NCBI GenBank assembly: GCA_963833425.1
Contig: CAWHXP010000015.1
Coordinates: 96,001-160,000 of the forward strand
DNA length: 64,000 nt
Direction of reading: 5' to 3'
From: an uncultured Methanosarcinaceae archaeon
GTDB lineage: Archaea; Halobacteriota; Methanosarcinia; Methanosarcinales; Methanosarcinaceae
Shown here one piece after another: positions 44,869-55,948 of this stretch. The translations under genes and the position numbers were made by a program. The notes below the pieces were generated by a model. It searched no databases. It saw only the letters and a program-made list of their open reading frames with translations, and was not told the origin of the DNA. Each line of letters begins with the position of its first letter. Within the stretch, counting starts at the first letter, position 1.

Positions 44869-45645
44869 ATGCAAGTTAAAGACATTATGGTACAGCCACA
44901 CAGGATTGACAAGTCAGACACCATTTCACACGCTCTAGACCTTATGGAGAAAAAGAATACAAAAAGACTGCTAATAGTCCACGGTGATCAGGTTCTTGGA
45001 ATACTTACCATGAGAAGTCTGACAGAGCAGCTCGGAACTCGAAAGAAACTGAGCAAACCGGCATCATCTCTGCATGTTGCAACAGCCGTATCCGACAACT
45101 TTGTAAAGGTTCTGCCAGATACCGACGTTAAAGATGCCCTTACCCTGATGAAAAAAAACGGCGGCGTGATCATCATCACTGATGAAGGGAACGTAACTGG
45201 TTGGGTGACTCCCCAGGAATTTATGAAGATAAACCGTTTCAAAGGCTTTGTAGGGGAAGTAATGGAAAAAAATCCTATCACTATTAGCCCTTTGGATCGT
45301 GTGAGTCATGCCAGGCATCTAATTCTTGATAAAAATGTGGGAAGGCTGCCAGTCACTGAAAATGGGAAGCTCGTAGGTATTGTTGCAGAAGATGATATCG
45401 CTTTTGCTATGCGCTCTTTCAGGGATCTAGTGGCTGCCAATCAACAAGATTCAAGAATCAAGAACTTACTGGTGGGAGATATCATGACTCGCAGTGTAGT
45501 CAGTGTCTATACCAATACCCCTCTTTCCGAAGCTGTTCAGACTATGCTGGAACACGATGTCGGAGGTGTTCCAGTCCTTGACCTTGAAGAAGAACTTGTT
45601 GGTTTTTTGGCCCGCAGGAATGTCATAAATACAATTACAGAGTGA
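44869..45645 (+). CDS. Four-CBS-domain protein
   Basis: MQVKDIM start after an AAGGTGA RBS; CBS motifs GIVAEDD and GFLARRN. Confidence 0.9.
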   Translation: MQVKDIMVQPHRIDKSDTISHALDLMEKKNTKRLLIVHGDQVLGILTMRSLTEQLGTRKKLSKPASSLHVATAVSDNFVKVLPDTDVKDALTLMKKNGGVIIITDEGNVTGWVTPQEFMKINRFKGFVGEVMEKNPITISPLDRVSHARHLILDKNVGRLPVTENGKLVGIVAEDDIAFAMRSFRDLVAANQQDSRIKNLLVGDIMTRSVVSVYTNTPLSEAVQTMLEHDVGGVPVLDLEEELVGFLARRNVINTITE

Positions 45646-46844
45646 ACAAAATGAGAAAGCCTACATTCCGCAGTTGTACACAAATGGAGAATTTGTTTCC
45701 CTATTTGCCAGTATTATTATTGAAAGCTAGACCAATTTTGAAGCTATTTTTATATTGAGAAAATAGAAGGCCTTTTGTGTGCATCTGTAGAAAGTGAACT
45801 AGAGAAAAAACTTGGAGAAAAAAGAACTCGAGAAAGACTAAACTAATAAAAGTAGATAGCTATTCAGCCTGGGAAAAATAATATCAAGTGCCATCTTTAA
45901 TAGGATTCAATGAACGAATTTTAGTGGACTAGTCTTAGATTACTATCGGCTGTTGATAATGTTTTTATTTCTTCACCAGTTAGTAACCAGAAGTATCTAT
46001 TGCATCAAAATGTATCAAAAAGCTCGATGAACTTGAAACCCAAAATCAACTTCATGACGAATGGAATTAAGAGCACATTTTTGCTAATTTTGACAATATT
46101 AATAGTTTAATTATAACAAAAATGGGGGCTACGAAATATAAAATACAATAAAATAATATATATTCATAAATTTATCGAATCAAATTTAGCTAAAAACGGA
46201 TTGATTTTCCAATGATAACAGTAGAGGATTCATCGATAAATCACAAATAAGAAACCAAAAACCACTTACAGATTCATATGCAACAATATAATAATTTTCT
46301 AATATTACCTAATTTTTAAAAGCCAAAATTCCGTCGTTATCTTCATCTAAAAGTTGTTATTTTTTTATCAGATATACCGAAGATAGCAGTGGGAAAAAAG
46401 TTTATGAATGTCAAAACTAAATGAATTTTTATCATTTTTGACAATTTAAATCACACTTATAGAGCTGTGAAATTGCCTAAAAGGACAATTTAGCATCAAT
46501 AATAAAATTTACACTTGAATTTTCTATAGTAATTCCATGATCAATTTTTAAACTATTTTTAAAAATCAAATCTAAGAAACCTTAGACAAGATAATGATGA
46601 AATCGATGGTTTAAAAAGAGAGTGTAAAAAGTATTTTCATTTGTTTGTGCCTGTTATTCGAAGAATTCCAAGCTCGCTTTCGAAGATAATAAAGAGTTCT
46701 TGATAAATCGAATGAAGCTCTACTATACCCACTTTAACTTCTGTGGAAACAAGAGAAGTTAAGATTGTGAAGATAAATAGTTTTGAATCTAGTCGATTCC
46801 AAAACCATTTCTACAAACAAAAAAATATTAAAAAGTATAGAACC

Positions 46845-47132
46845 TCAGGATCTATCTAAGAAATCATACACGTTTCCTGTGGCTTCCTTAAACGTGACAT
46901 CAAAATTATCCACACGTGAAATAGTTGGGCCTTTACGGAGTTCATCCATCAGAATTTTGATGGCTTCACACCTACCTTCGGCTATCACTAAAACTCTTCC
47001 GTCTCTAAGGTTTATAGGATTGCAGTCCACAAAAAGTTTCTGGGCAGCGTTCTTAGCAAATCTACGAAAACCAACGCCTTGTACTCTTCCTGATACATAG
47101 ATTTCCGCACGAACTGTATATCCAGAATTCAC
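46845..47132 (-). CDS. acyP: Acylphosphatase
   Basis: VSGRVQGVGFR, NLRDGRV and KGP motifs. Confidence 0.9.
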   Translation of the reverse strand: MNSGYTVRAEIYVSGRVQGVGFRRFAKNAAQKLFVDCNPINLRDGRVLVIAEGRCEAIKILMDELRKGPTISRVDNFDVTFKEATGNVYDFLDRS

Positions 47133-48196
47133 ATCTGACTATTATTGAATGAAAACTTATAAAACCATTTGCTCTTCTACAGTATTTCCGAATCTAGTCA
47201 GTTCCGAAAACGATTCCTAAAAGTCAGAATAAAATCAAAAAAATTCTAATATAATGGAGTCGTTGAGTATGATGACTAAGAATGACTCTCTTTTTCTGAA
47301 GAAAAAAGATCCTGATTGATGGACACCGGTGAAAAACTACTTTAAGGGCAGCTATTCTTGGAAAGTATGTAATATATACAGAATTTTAGGCGAGGGAAAC
47401 TCAAAGTTGCATTTCAGCTAACAGAAGAAAAGCTTGAAATTTCGAAATCTTCCATACAGAAAGATAATGCCCGGATTCCAGACACTTCTCCAATCATTTT
47501 AGAAATAGAAAGCATCTTCAAAACTGTACAAAATTATGAGAATATTCCTGAAACTTAAGAGGATCATAACTATCAAAAAATTGAAAATTTTATAAAGATA
47601 CTCAAAAATAACTTAATCTGATTGAGCAAGATTCTGATTTGAACATTGAAACTGTGACTTAAATTTTCGTGCGCATAAATTTCAAAGGAGTTACGCGAGT
47701 CAGGCTGATTTTGCGATGTCCAAGATTGCTGCAATGAAACTTATAATGGATATAAGATCAGGAAAGAGATTGATGTTTCTGTCATCTGGAAATTGCTCCG
47801 GAATTTTATAGTTAGATGTTGATGTTAACAGGTAATTTGCTTCTACATAATATTTCCGGAAATTACTTGGCTAAAGAATGAGAATAGAATGATGATCTCT
47901 ATGATTCGAACTATACGGATTTACTAAGAATCTTCTTTACATCTGGATACCGTAGGAAGAAACTATCTGATTTTATTAGTACTCTTTCGGGAGGAATTTT
48001 GAAACAAGGATGTACGAAGAAAAAATTGCTCGTGGATCTTTGAAGAAGCTTGAAGAGAGATAGAACTTATAAAACGACATCATGTTAAAGTGTAGAACAA
48101 AAAATGGGAGTTAAGTTTAGAAAGCCAGATAATCAATGTTTATAAGCTTCATGACTAAAAATTTTTCTTAACTAAAAATAATCTCTTTTAGAAAAA

Positions 48197-48269
48197 CGCC
48201 CGGACCGGGATTCGAACCCGAGTCGGAGCCTCGACAGGGCTCCATGATAGGCCTCTACACTATCCGGAC
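48197..48269 (-). tRNA. tRNA-Asp(GTC)
   Basis: Cloverleaf with anticodon arm GAGCC-CTGTCGA-GGCTC and T-loop TTCGAAT. Confidence 0.95.
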
Positions 48270-48379
48270 ACTTTGATGTCTTTAATTGCTGTTTTATTCG
48301 CGCTTTGAGTAAAGCATAGACGTTTTTCTAATATATTAATCATTCTATCAAGGTTTTAAATCCTGCTAAATATTTTATG

Positions 48380-48494
48380 TCCCGCCTCCCAGACTCGAAC
48401 CGGGGACATCGCGGTGCCTGCGCAGAAATTACGGGGAGTTTTTCCCGCATGAGCCGAACTACAGCCGCGCACTCTACCACTGAGTTAAGGCGGG
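48380..48494 (-). tRNA. tRNA-Tyr(GTA) with a 43-nt intron at 37/38 (intron 48416-48458)
   Basis: 36-nt exon CCCGCCT...CGCGGCTGTAG, intron, then 36-nt exon ACCGCG...AGGCGGGA; C1-G72 pair typical of archaeal tRNA-Tyr. Confidence 0.93.
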
Positions 48495-48671
48495 ATGATG
48501 GATGCTTATTCAGTGCTGCACAAGGCTGCGCTGCTTTATTGCACCATCTTCATATATGGTGATGATATTTATGTTTTTCGCTGAATGAGAGCATCTTTTT
48601 TCACATTTTTTAGAAATTAATTTAAAAAAGTGAAGTAAAAAAATGTATGAAAAGAACTATACAGCCTATTT

Positions 48672-48730
48672 TGTCAATGGCAGTTTAATTTTCCCTACTT
48701 TAATCGGTTTAAATTTTCCCATTTTGTGCT
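48672..48730. mobile_element. Isolated IS21-like terminal repeat
   Basis: TGTCAATGGCAGTTTAATTTTCCC...GGTTTAAATTTTCCCCA: TG terminus with internal direct repeats, characteristic of IS21 ends. Confidence 0.5.
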
Positions 48731-49220
48731 ATAAAATCTAGATGATCCTGATAAACTCCAATTTTGACTGATCGCTATTAAAAGATATATAAGCAATTTG
48801 TTGAAATTAGAGATTTTCGGAATTTTCTTTACTTAATATTTCATAGATTACCAAAGAGAACATTAAATTCTCTAATAACGAGGCAAATAAAAGAAAGTAC
48901 CTTCAAGGTTAACAATGACTTTCATGACAAATCCAAAACTCTTTGAATTCAAATTTTATGGTACCCTAAGTAACGTTTAATCCCAGAAATATTTCAATAT
49001 TGTATTACTCACTAACAAAATTAAAAGCACAATTTTAACTCTTTGAACAAGGATTGATAGCTGACTTCTTGAGTTAATTAATTTAATCAAAAGAAAATTC
49101 TGTCAAATTACCAGAAATGAAATCCTATTAAAGATTTACAGAGCTTATACTTATCCCGAAACCTATAAATATATAAAAATACATTGTGAGGTTCGCTCAT
49201 TCAATGAGAATATTCTGCTT

Positions 49221-49294
49221 GGGCTCGTAGCTTAGTCAGGCAGAGCGATGGACTCTTAATCCATAGGCCGGGGGTTCAAATCCCTTCGAGCCCG
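49221..49294 (+). tRNA. tRNA-Lys(CTT)
   Basis: Anticodon arm ATGGA-CTCTTAA-TCCAT; acceptor stem GGGCTCG/CGAGCCC. Confidence 0.95.
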
Positions 49295-49504
49295 CTATTT
49301 TCTTAATTTTTTTTCAAAGCTTCTTTTGGCGAGTCAAGCTTCTATTGATAAATTCCAAAAAATTGTTGAGACTAAAACATTCTCGGGTATGCATGTATAA
49401 AAATAATAGTTGATTAATCAGAATTTGCAAAAAAGGAAACATAAAGTCATGAGAAAATAATCTAATTTACTTTTATGTTAAATTAGAAGGAACAATGAAA
49501 ATAA

Positions 49505-49524
49505 CCCCCTTGTTTCCACTGCAC
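49505..49524 (-). promoter_or_regulatory. Isolated ORB-like box
   Basis: Minus strand reads GTGCAGTGGAAACAAGGGGG. Confidence 0.6.
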
Positions 49525-49721
49525 TTTGGAATCTTTTGGGTTTTTTGGATTAATTATATATTATAGCAAGATTCTAATTAAATGAGATATTAAGCCTGAT
49601 ATTCCTGTTAAAAAGTCTTGTTCACGACTCTTTTTTGGCATCAAACATAAAATATTAATTCAAACTATTGACTTCCTAGTATAGATCTTACAAAAAATAA
49701 ACTGTTAAAAAATTTTAATGT

Positions 49722-50756
49722 TTACATAGATTTCCTGAATTCATTTATACCCTGCGCCACGTTAGAGAGCAAAATAGAAGCTATCTTCTGGTTAGGCCAG
49801 GAACCCAACCCGCAGTCAGGACCTATATACTTAATTAGGTTTCCGAAACGTCTGTAAGCAAGGAGGAGCCTCTTTGCTATAACATCCGGGGTTTCAAGTT
49901 TTGTAACGACCTCAGGAAGATACTGCTGATCTTTCCAGACATTAGTACAGTACATTTCATTAAGTATTCCTACTAGGCTAAAAATATCAGTTCTCGCAAT
50001 CCCAAGCCTCAGGAAAGAATCAGTGTCTTCAAGTACCTTTTTGTCGATTAGATTCATGTAAGAAGGAGTCCCTGCTGATTCTATTCCTATAACATTGATT
50101 GTAGAAGCCTCGCAAGCGAAACTATAATAAAGAGCAGAATGAAGGTGAATCTCCACATCAGCTCCCCACTTACTTGCTGCCTTAGAGGCATCGTTTAATG
50201 CAGAAATAATATCATTTTCATCAAAAGCAAGCTCAGGGTTCAACCCAATGCTTGGTTCATCGATGGAAACAGTTGTAATCTTAAAGTGCTTTGCAAACCT
50301 CATAGAGTTTCTGACGAAATTGTTCACACTTTTCGCAAGAAGAGAATAGATGTCAGTGTACCGAGTACCTCCAAATTTTTTCAGGTAAAGTTCGGTTGGA
50401 CCTGTTACACAGATTCTGACTTTCAACTTCTCCCCAAACTTTTCCTTATAGGTTTTTGCAACCTTTTCTATAGCTTCAAGTTCTTCGATTCGAGCACATT
50501 CAAGTTTCACCTCGAAGGGACTGTAACAGCAATTTGGATCCCAGATAACCTTCAAGAACTGCTCATTCATGTCCTGGTACTGAGGATAGGTAGAAACTTC
50601 CACTCCTGCATCTATTTTCTGCTGGAAGGCATCGTTGATTACCCCAAAAAGTCTCTCATCTTCTGTTCTCGTTTTAAAGGCGTTTCGGATCCATTCTTTG
50701 CTAACTCCTTCAGGAAGGGGATAGCTTCCGATATCATCATAAATGATTTCTTCCAT
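49722..50756 (-). CDS. Core (MetE catalytic-domain-only) methionine synthase, MesC-like, paralog 1
   Basis: DIGSYPLP, IDEPS, EIHLH and GPDCGL motifs; ~345 aa with no folate-binding N-terminal half. Confidence 0.8.
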   Translation of the reverse strand: MEEIIYDDIGSYPLPEGVSKEWIRNAFKTRTEDERLFGVINDAFQQKIDAGVEVSTYPQYQDMNEQFLKVIWDPNCCYSPFEVKLECARIEELEAIEKVAKTYKEKFGEKLKVRICVTGPTELYLKKFGGTRYTDIYSLLAKSVNNFVRNSMRFAKHFKITTVSIDEPSIGLNPELAFDENDIISALNDASKAASKWGADVEIHLHSALYYSFACEASTINVIGIESAGTPSYMNLIDKKVLEDTDSFLRLGIARTDIFSLVGILNEMYCTNVWKDQQYLPEVVTKLETPDVIAKRLLLAYRRFGNLIKYIGPDCGLGSWPNQKIASILLSNVAQGINEFRKSM

Positions 50757-50890
50757 ATCTTCTTAGTAAACCTCTAACAATTTAACATTATTGAAAGACA
50801 AAAAATTTATAAAAAAATAAAACATAAAGCTCTGAAAAACTTCATTATTAAGAAAAACTTTTTAATTAATTTACTTATTCGTTCACTAGT

Positions 50891-51949
50891 TCAGTCATTA
50901 TAATTACTCGAATAATTTATTTTCTCGGCATTGAATTCATTGATACCTTTTGCGGTATTCTCAAGTAGCTTGAAAGCAAGATCTTGATTTGGCCAGAAGG
51001 CAAGTCCGCAGTCTGGACTTGCATATTTTATGCGGTCTCTGAGAACAGAAAAAGCCATTTCAAGCCTTTTTTTTATGATATATGGAGTCTCAAATTCAGT
51101 AACGATTTTTTGCATGTATTCCTTTTCCTTCCAGGCATTAACCCCATATGTTTCATTGATAATACCTATGAGGCTTGAAATGTCAGTTCTCGATACTCCA
51201 AGCCTGATATAAGTATTCGAGTCTTCCAGCACATTTCTATTCAGGATATCAATGTAAGAAGGAGTTGCTGCATACTCAAACCCAATGACATTTATAGGAG
51301 TCTCACATATAATTTTATACTTCAATGGAGAATGGAGATGAATTTCCATATCAGATCCCTGTTGCCGAGCATAAGTGGAAGCTAGAGTGAGAGCAGAAAT
51401 AATGTCAGCGTCAGAAAACTGAATCTTATCGTTAATTCCAAGGCTGGGTTCATCCAGGGCTACAACTTTGATTTTGAAATTCTTAGCGGCTTTGAAAGAT
51501 TGCTTTATGAAATTTTCAATATCTAGTGCCAAGATATGGTACGCATCCACAAAAGCCGTTGTTCCGAATGCCTGAAGATATAGATCTGTGGGACCTGCAA
51601 CACAAACTCTAACTTCAAGAATTTCTCCTGTCTCTTTCTTGTATTGCTTTGCAACCTCATCAATTATTTCAAGTTCCAAAATTTTTGCATTCTCCTCTTT
51701 CAATACGTAAGGTTCATAGCAGTTCTTTTCATCTTTGATTATATCCAGAAACTGGCCAATTTTGTCTCTGAACTGGGGATAAGTGGGGACGTGTACTCCC
51801 CCATCAACTTTCCTCAGAAAAGCTCCCTTTATCATTGAAAAGAGTTTTTCGTCTTCATTTCGATTTTCAACTGCAGCCTTTACCCACTCCCTTGTAAAAC
51901 CCTCAGGTGTTGGAAGGCTTCCTCCATCGATAAAAATGATATCCTCCAT
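50891..51949 (-). CDS. Core methionine synthase, MesC-like, paralog 2
   Basis: DGGSLPTP, LDEPS, EIHLH and SPDCGL motifs; clear paralog of 49722-50756; start MEDIIF at 51949. Confidence 0.8.
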   Translation of the reverse strand: MEDIIFIDGGSLPTPEGFTREWVKAAVENRNEDEKLFSMIKGAFLRKVDGGVHVPTYPQFRDKIGQFLDIIKDEKNCYEPYVLKEENAKILELEIIDEVAKQYKKETGEILEVRVCVAGPTDLYLQAFGTTAFVDAYHILALDIENFIKQSFKAAKNFKIKVVALDEPSLGINDKIQFSDADIISALTLASTYARQQGSDMEIHLHSPLKYKIICETPINVIGFEYAATPSYIDILNRNVLEDSNTYIRLGVSRTDISSLIGIINETYGVNAWKEKEYMQKIVTEFETPYIIKKRLEMAFSVLRDRIKYASPDCGLAFWPNQDLAFKLLENTAKGINEFNAEKINYSSNYND

Positions 51950-52352
51950 ATCTATTATGTAGGACAGATGAAGTATTATAATTATTCCAGTCAAATACCT
52001 CACATCTTGCTTGGGGACTGAAACTTCTTCGGGAACCGCTATTAACCAATTTTTGTATCTTTTAATCTATTTTTGCATTATAAAATGGAACAAAGTCATA
52101 CGAACCATAGTGTCCGTAGAATAAGATATCAAATTATTTTTTGTGTAAAATCTGTAAAAAATTTAATTTTAATAATTACATCATCAACTATTTGAAATAT
52201 ATAGCTTTGAAATTGATAGCAGGCACTATTTTTAAGTTTTATTGAATCGGCATTGTGGTAATCATGCACATTTTTATACTGAACCAAAATACTTTTCTTC
52301 AAGTGTGATGTGGATTATAAAATTATCACAAAGAAAAAAGTCTTAAAAAAAA

Positions 52353-52437
52353 TGCGAGGGGTGCGATTCGAACGCACGAATTCCTACGAAAATGGGTCCT
52401 AAGCCCATCGCCTTTGACCTAGCTGGGCAACCCTCGC
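52353..52437 (-). tRNA. tRNA-Leu(TAG)
   Basis: Anticodon arm ATGGG-CTTAGGA-CCCAT, long variable arm, 85 nt. Confidence 0.95.
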
Positions 52438-52506
52438 ACTCGTGTTCTGTTTTGTTTAACGTGAAATAAGAAAAGAAAAAAGTCATATTTTTATTAGAGG
52501 TTTAAA

Positions 52507-52578
52507 TGCGCCGACCGGGATTCGAACCCGGGTTTTGGGCTTGGAAGGCCCAAGTCATAGCCGCTAGACTATCAACGC
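52507..52578 (-). tRNA. tRNA-Gly(TCC)
   Basis: Anticodon arm TGGGC-CTTCCAA-GCCCA. Confidence 0.95.
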
Positions 52579-52794
52579 GTAATGCAACACATCTAGAGGT
52601 ATTTGATACATATAATGTTTTCGCTTAATATATTTTGTTTCGACATTCTACACACTATCATAATTTTTTTTAATAAATATTTAGTTTTTTTATTGTAGTG
52701 TTAAATTCTTTATTATATCTTGTTCTCTCATTTTTCAAAAATTTTTAAACTTATATTAATTATGTGAAAAGTGCCATTTTCTTGCCAACATCAA

Positions 52795-53859
52795 AATTTT
52801 AATTCGATAAAAGCAAAAAGGATTCCAATTTATTTTTAATTTCTCTATATCCCATTTTTTTATTTTCTGGTTCATTATTCTTTTATTTAAAATAAATTCG
52901 TATCCTGAAAATACTCTTTTTATTTTAATGAATCAATCGTTAGAGATTATAATCAAAAGCTGTACACAAAACATTTAGATTCACTCTTAAACAGTAGTTG
53001 AAAGAACTTTTCCTGCTTTGAATATTTTTTAATTAATGAATAAACTAGTTCCCTTGAAGCTTTTTTTAGCTTGTTTTCTTGTTTTGTAATATATTATTTA
53101 TTCCTAAGGATATTCTTTTACTGCTTTTTATCGTTGCATCATAATCTGTTTATTTTTCTCAAAAGTATCCTTTGCCTCTGTAAACCACTTCATTTTTTCC
53201 TGATAAATCTACATACGAATCATGTACTTACGCAGTTGTTGTTTTGAATCTTCTGATCAACTCACAATCCTCTATTATGCTATGAAATTTATATCAAAAG
53301 TACAACTATTATAATTTTTTATCTAATTTTGATCTATACTTCTCCTTACTTTTGCCTCCGAGGTTTATACACTTTTGCATATCCTGAATCACTCCCCTTT
53401 TTAGTTTCAAACCAAGGTAATCATGTTACTTTTAACTGTCTGCATATTTCCCCTCCTTAACAGTTATCAATAATTCTTTTTCTGAATAAACAAATTGTGG
53501 CACAGTCTAATAGATATTAAGAAATTAAAAAATTTCCTGAAAGAAATATTATCAATAAATTACTTCTCAAGTTCAAAGTAAAAAACCGTGTTATTGATGT
53601 AAAACAACCATTTTAAAAATAACGATTACTTTAGTTTTAAATTTGTCTTACTAATACTGTTTCGTTAAAATATATAGACTCAAAAATAATATGAAAAGAT
53701 TTCCAAGCAATTAAAAAATCAATTTTGTCTCCAACTGACTGAAATGCTTGTATTCACCTTTAAACACAAAATCAATAAAAGTTTTTATGAGTAAAAATCA
53801 TTGTTAATAGATTTTAACTTTCCAAAAATCAAATGCAAAGGAATTTATTGAAATTCTCT
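52795..53859 (-). mobile_element. Heavily decayed, roughly full-length IS5-family copy
   Basis: Reverse complement aligns piecewise with 56625-57771 (e.g. gatcagaagattcaaaacaacaactgcg...gattcgtatgtagattt); terminus tttattgaaattctct. Confidence 0.75.
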
Positions 53860-53889
53860 ATAAATCAATTAGTATTAACATTTTTTAGG

Positions 53890-54325
53890 GATGTTTTCAT
53901 TTCCACAGCTTGCTATGCGATTTTATTGGAATAAATGAAAAGAATTAATAATATAGAAAATTGAAAGCACCCCTTCATTTCCGATGGAATGTTTATATAA
54001 CCCCCGGACCCCATTGTTTCCACTGTACTTCCAAAGCTGGCGTGTCACAAAATTTGTCTTATTTTTAAAGGTAGCAAAATATTGATGTATCTATTGAATT
54101 TATAGTATATATAATTATAGTCTTTGTTATAATCTATTATAGCTCAGAATAATTACTTTTATTAATTTACAATTTTTCCTAATGATTTTAAAAAAATATT
54201 ATCTATGTATTATAATCATATTATAATTATAATATACTTATATATTTTCTTGTTACTACATTTCAAGTCTATTTCCCCTCCTAAAATTTACTTAAAAATC
54301 TCCATTAGAAATGAAGGGGTCTCTC
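53890..54325. other. Putative chromosomal replication origin (ORB cluster plus AT-rich stretch)
   Basis: ORB-like boxes at 53969-53988 (-, TCCATCGGAAATGAAGGGGT), 54001-54028 (-, GTACAGTGGAAACAATGGGGTCCGGGGG) and 54301-54320 (+, TCCATTAGAAATGAAGGGGT) flank a ~240-bp very AT-rich stretch. Confidence 0.7.
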
Positions 54326-54577
54326 TCTTCTTTAATATGTTTTTTTAGATAAATTATCTATTATCTCTGTTTTTGCGCAAGTTATAATCATGAGTACTAA
54401 TATATATCAAGTAGTATAGAAATCTGTATGAATTCACTTACTTTTTCATGTAGAGTTATCTAAAATAAATTTTCTTATGAATTTAATAAATTTTATACAT
54501 TTCTTTAACGACACTTAAATAGTTTCAAAGTTAAATTCCATAAGTATTTTAAATAAAACTGGTTGTACCTTATCTAT

Positions 54578-55765
54578 ATGAATTATCAGGGTCTTTCTGA
54601 AAAAAAGATATTTTCCTATCTGGAAACTGTAAAATCAGAAGATACAGATTACTATCGGGTTTTAAGTTCGATGTGTACCCACCCTCATAAAATCGCAGTT
54701 GAAGCTCACAGACTCTTTATTGAGACTAACTTGGGTGACTTTGGACTTTTTGCAGGAGCTCACAGGCTGGAAAAAGAAGTAATCAGGATGTTGGGAGAAC
54801 TTCTTCATGCTCCGTCTCTTGAAATCTTTTCCGGAGAATCCAGTGAGAATTCAGTTAGCGGTTACCTTACAACTGGAGGTACAGAGTCAAATATCCAGGC
54901 TATTAGAGGAATGAAAAACTTTGTAATTGCAGGAAATAAAAAATTGGGGGAAACTCCCAATATAGTAATTCCCGAATCGGCTCATTTCTCATTTGATAAG
55001 GTCGCCGATATGATGGGTATTGAAGTTAGAAGAGCTCTTTTGGATTCCGAGTTTAAAGTGGATACGGCCTGTGTTGAAGGTTTGATAGATAATAGTACCA
55101 TAGGGCTCGTAGGCATAGCTGGAAGCACGGAATTTGGTCAGGTAGATCCTATAGAGAAATTAGCAAAACTTGCCCTTGAAAATGAGCTTTTCCTCCATGT
55201 TGATGCAGCTTTTGGGGGCTTTGTGATCCCATTCCTTGAAAAATCATATCCTTTTGACTTCAAAATCCCTGGAGTAACTTCTATTGCAATAGATCCCCAT
55301 AAAATGGGTCTATCCACGATTCCATCAGGTGCTCTCTTGTTCAGGTCTCCTTCTTTTCTGGATTCTCTAAAAGTAAATACTCCGTACCTGACTACAAAGT
55401 CTCAATATACTCTTACAGGCACACGGAGTGGGGCTTCAGCTGCTGCCACCTATGCTGTTATGAAGCATTTAGGTCGTGAAGGTTATGTAAAAAATGTTCA
55501 GTACTGCATGAAACTTACAACAAAAACTGTCAATGATATTCGGAAATTTGGTTTCGAAACCCTGCTTGAGCCTACAATGAATGTAGTTGCCTTGAGAATT
55601 TCGGATCCTGACCGTGTCCGCGAACAGCTCCTCAGTAAATTTGGCTGGAACGTCTCAATAACCCGTGCTCCCAGGTGTCTCAGATTGGTACTCATGCCTC
55701 ATAACACGGCCCAAGATATCAAAGAATTTCTGCAAGATCTAAAAAAGGTGACTTCAGAACTTTAA
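54578..55765 (+). CDS. mfnA: L-tyrosine/L-aspartate decarboxylase MfnA (PLP-dependent)
   Basis: SSMCTHPH, NLGDFGLF, TGGTESN, HVDAAFGG, IDPHKMG and GTRSG motifs. Confidence 0.93.
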   Translation: MNYQGLSEKKIFSYLETVKSEDTDYYRVLSSMCTHPHKIAVEAHRLFIETNLGDFGLFAGAHRLEKEVIRMLGELLHAPSLEIFSGESSENSVSGYLTTGGTESNIQAIRGMKNFVIAGNKKLGETPNIVIPESAHFSFDKVADMMGIEVRRALLDSEFKVDTACVEGLIDNSTIGLVGIAGSTEFGQVDPIEKLAKLALENELFLHVDAAFGGFVIPFLEKSYPFDFKIPGVTSIAIDPHKMGLSTIPSGALLFRSPSFLDSLKVNTPYLTTKSQYTLTGTRSGASAAATYAVMKHLGREGYVKNVQYCMKLTTKTVNDIRKFGFETLLEPTMNVVALRISDPDRVREQLLSKFGWNVSITRAPRCLRLVLMPHNTAQDIKEFLQDLKKVTSEL

Positions 55766-55834
55766 AATCATCATTCATAATTTTGTTTAATTTTTTTTGG
55801 TTCTTCTCTAAATTTAGAAAAATGATGAAAATTA

Positions 55835-55948
55835 GGTCGTGTCCATAATTTACTTAAAAAACTGGGCTTAGAACTTTCTCTACATTTATCCTAAAGGCAG
55901 GAAGTGTAATCGTTTTTTTAAAAATGGTAAATAATTTACAGACACGGT
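55835..55948. mobile_element. ~110-bp MITE, second family
   Basis: ggtcgtgtccataattt ... aatttacagacacggt; interior similar to 21728-21836. Confidence 0.6.

Noticed and set aside
53969..54320. 352-bp MITE defined by 20-bp inverted repeats
   Set aside because: The repeats fit the ORB consensus, a third ORB lies between them and the interior is DUE-like, so an origin is the better explanation
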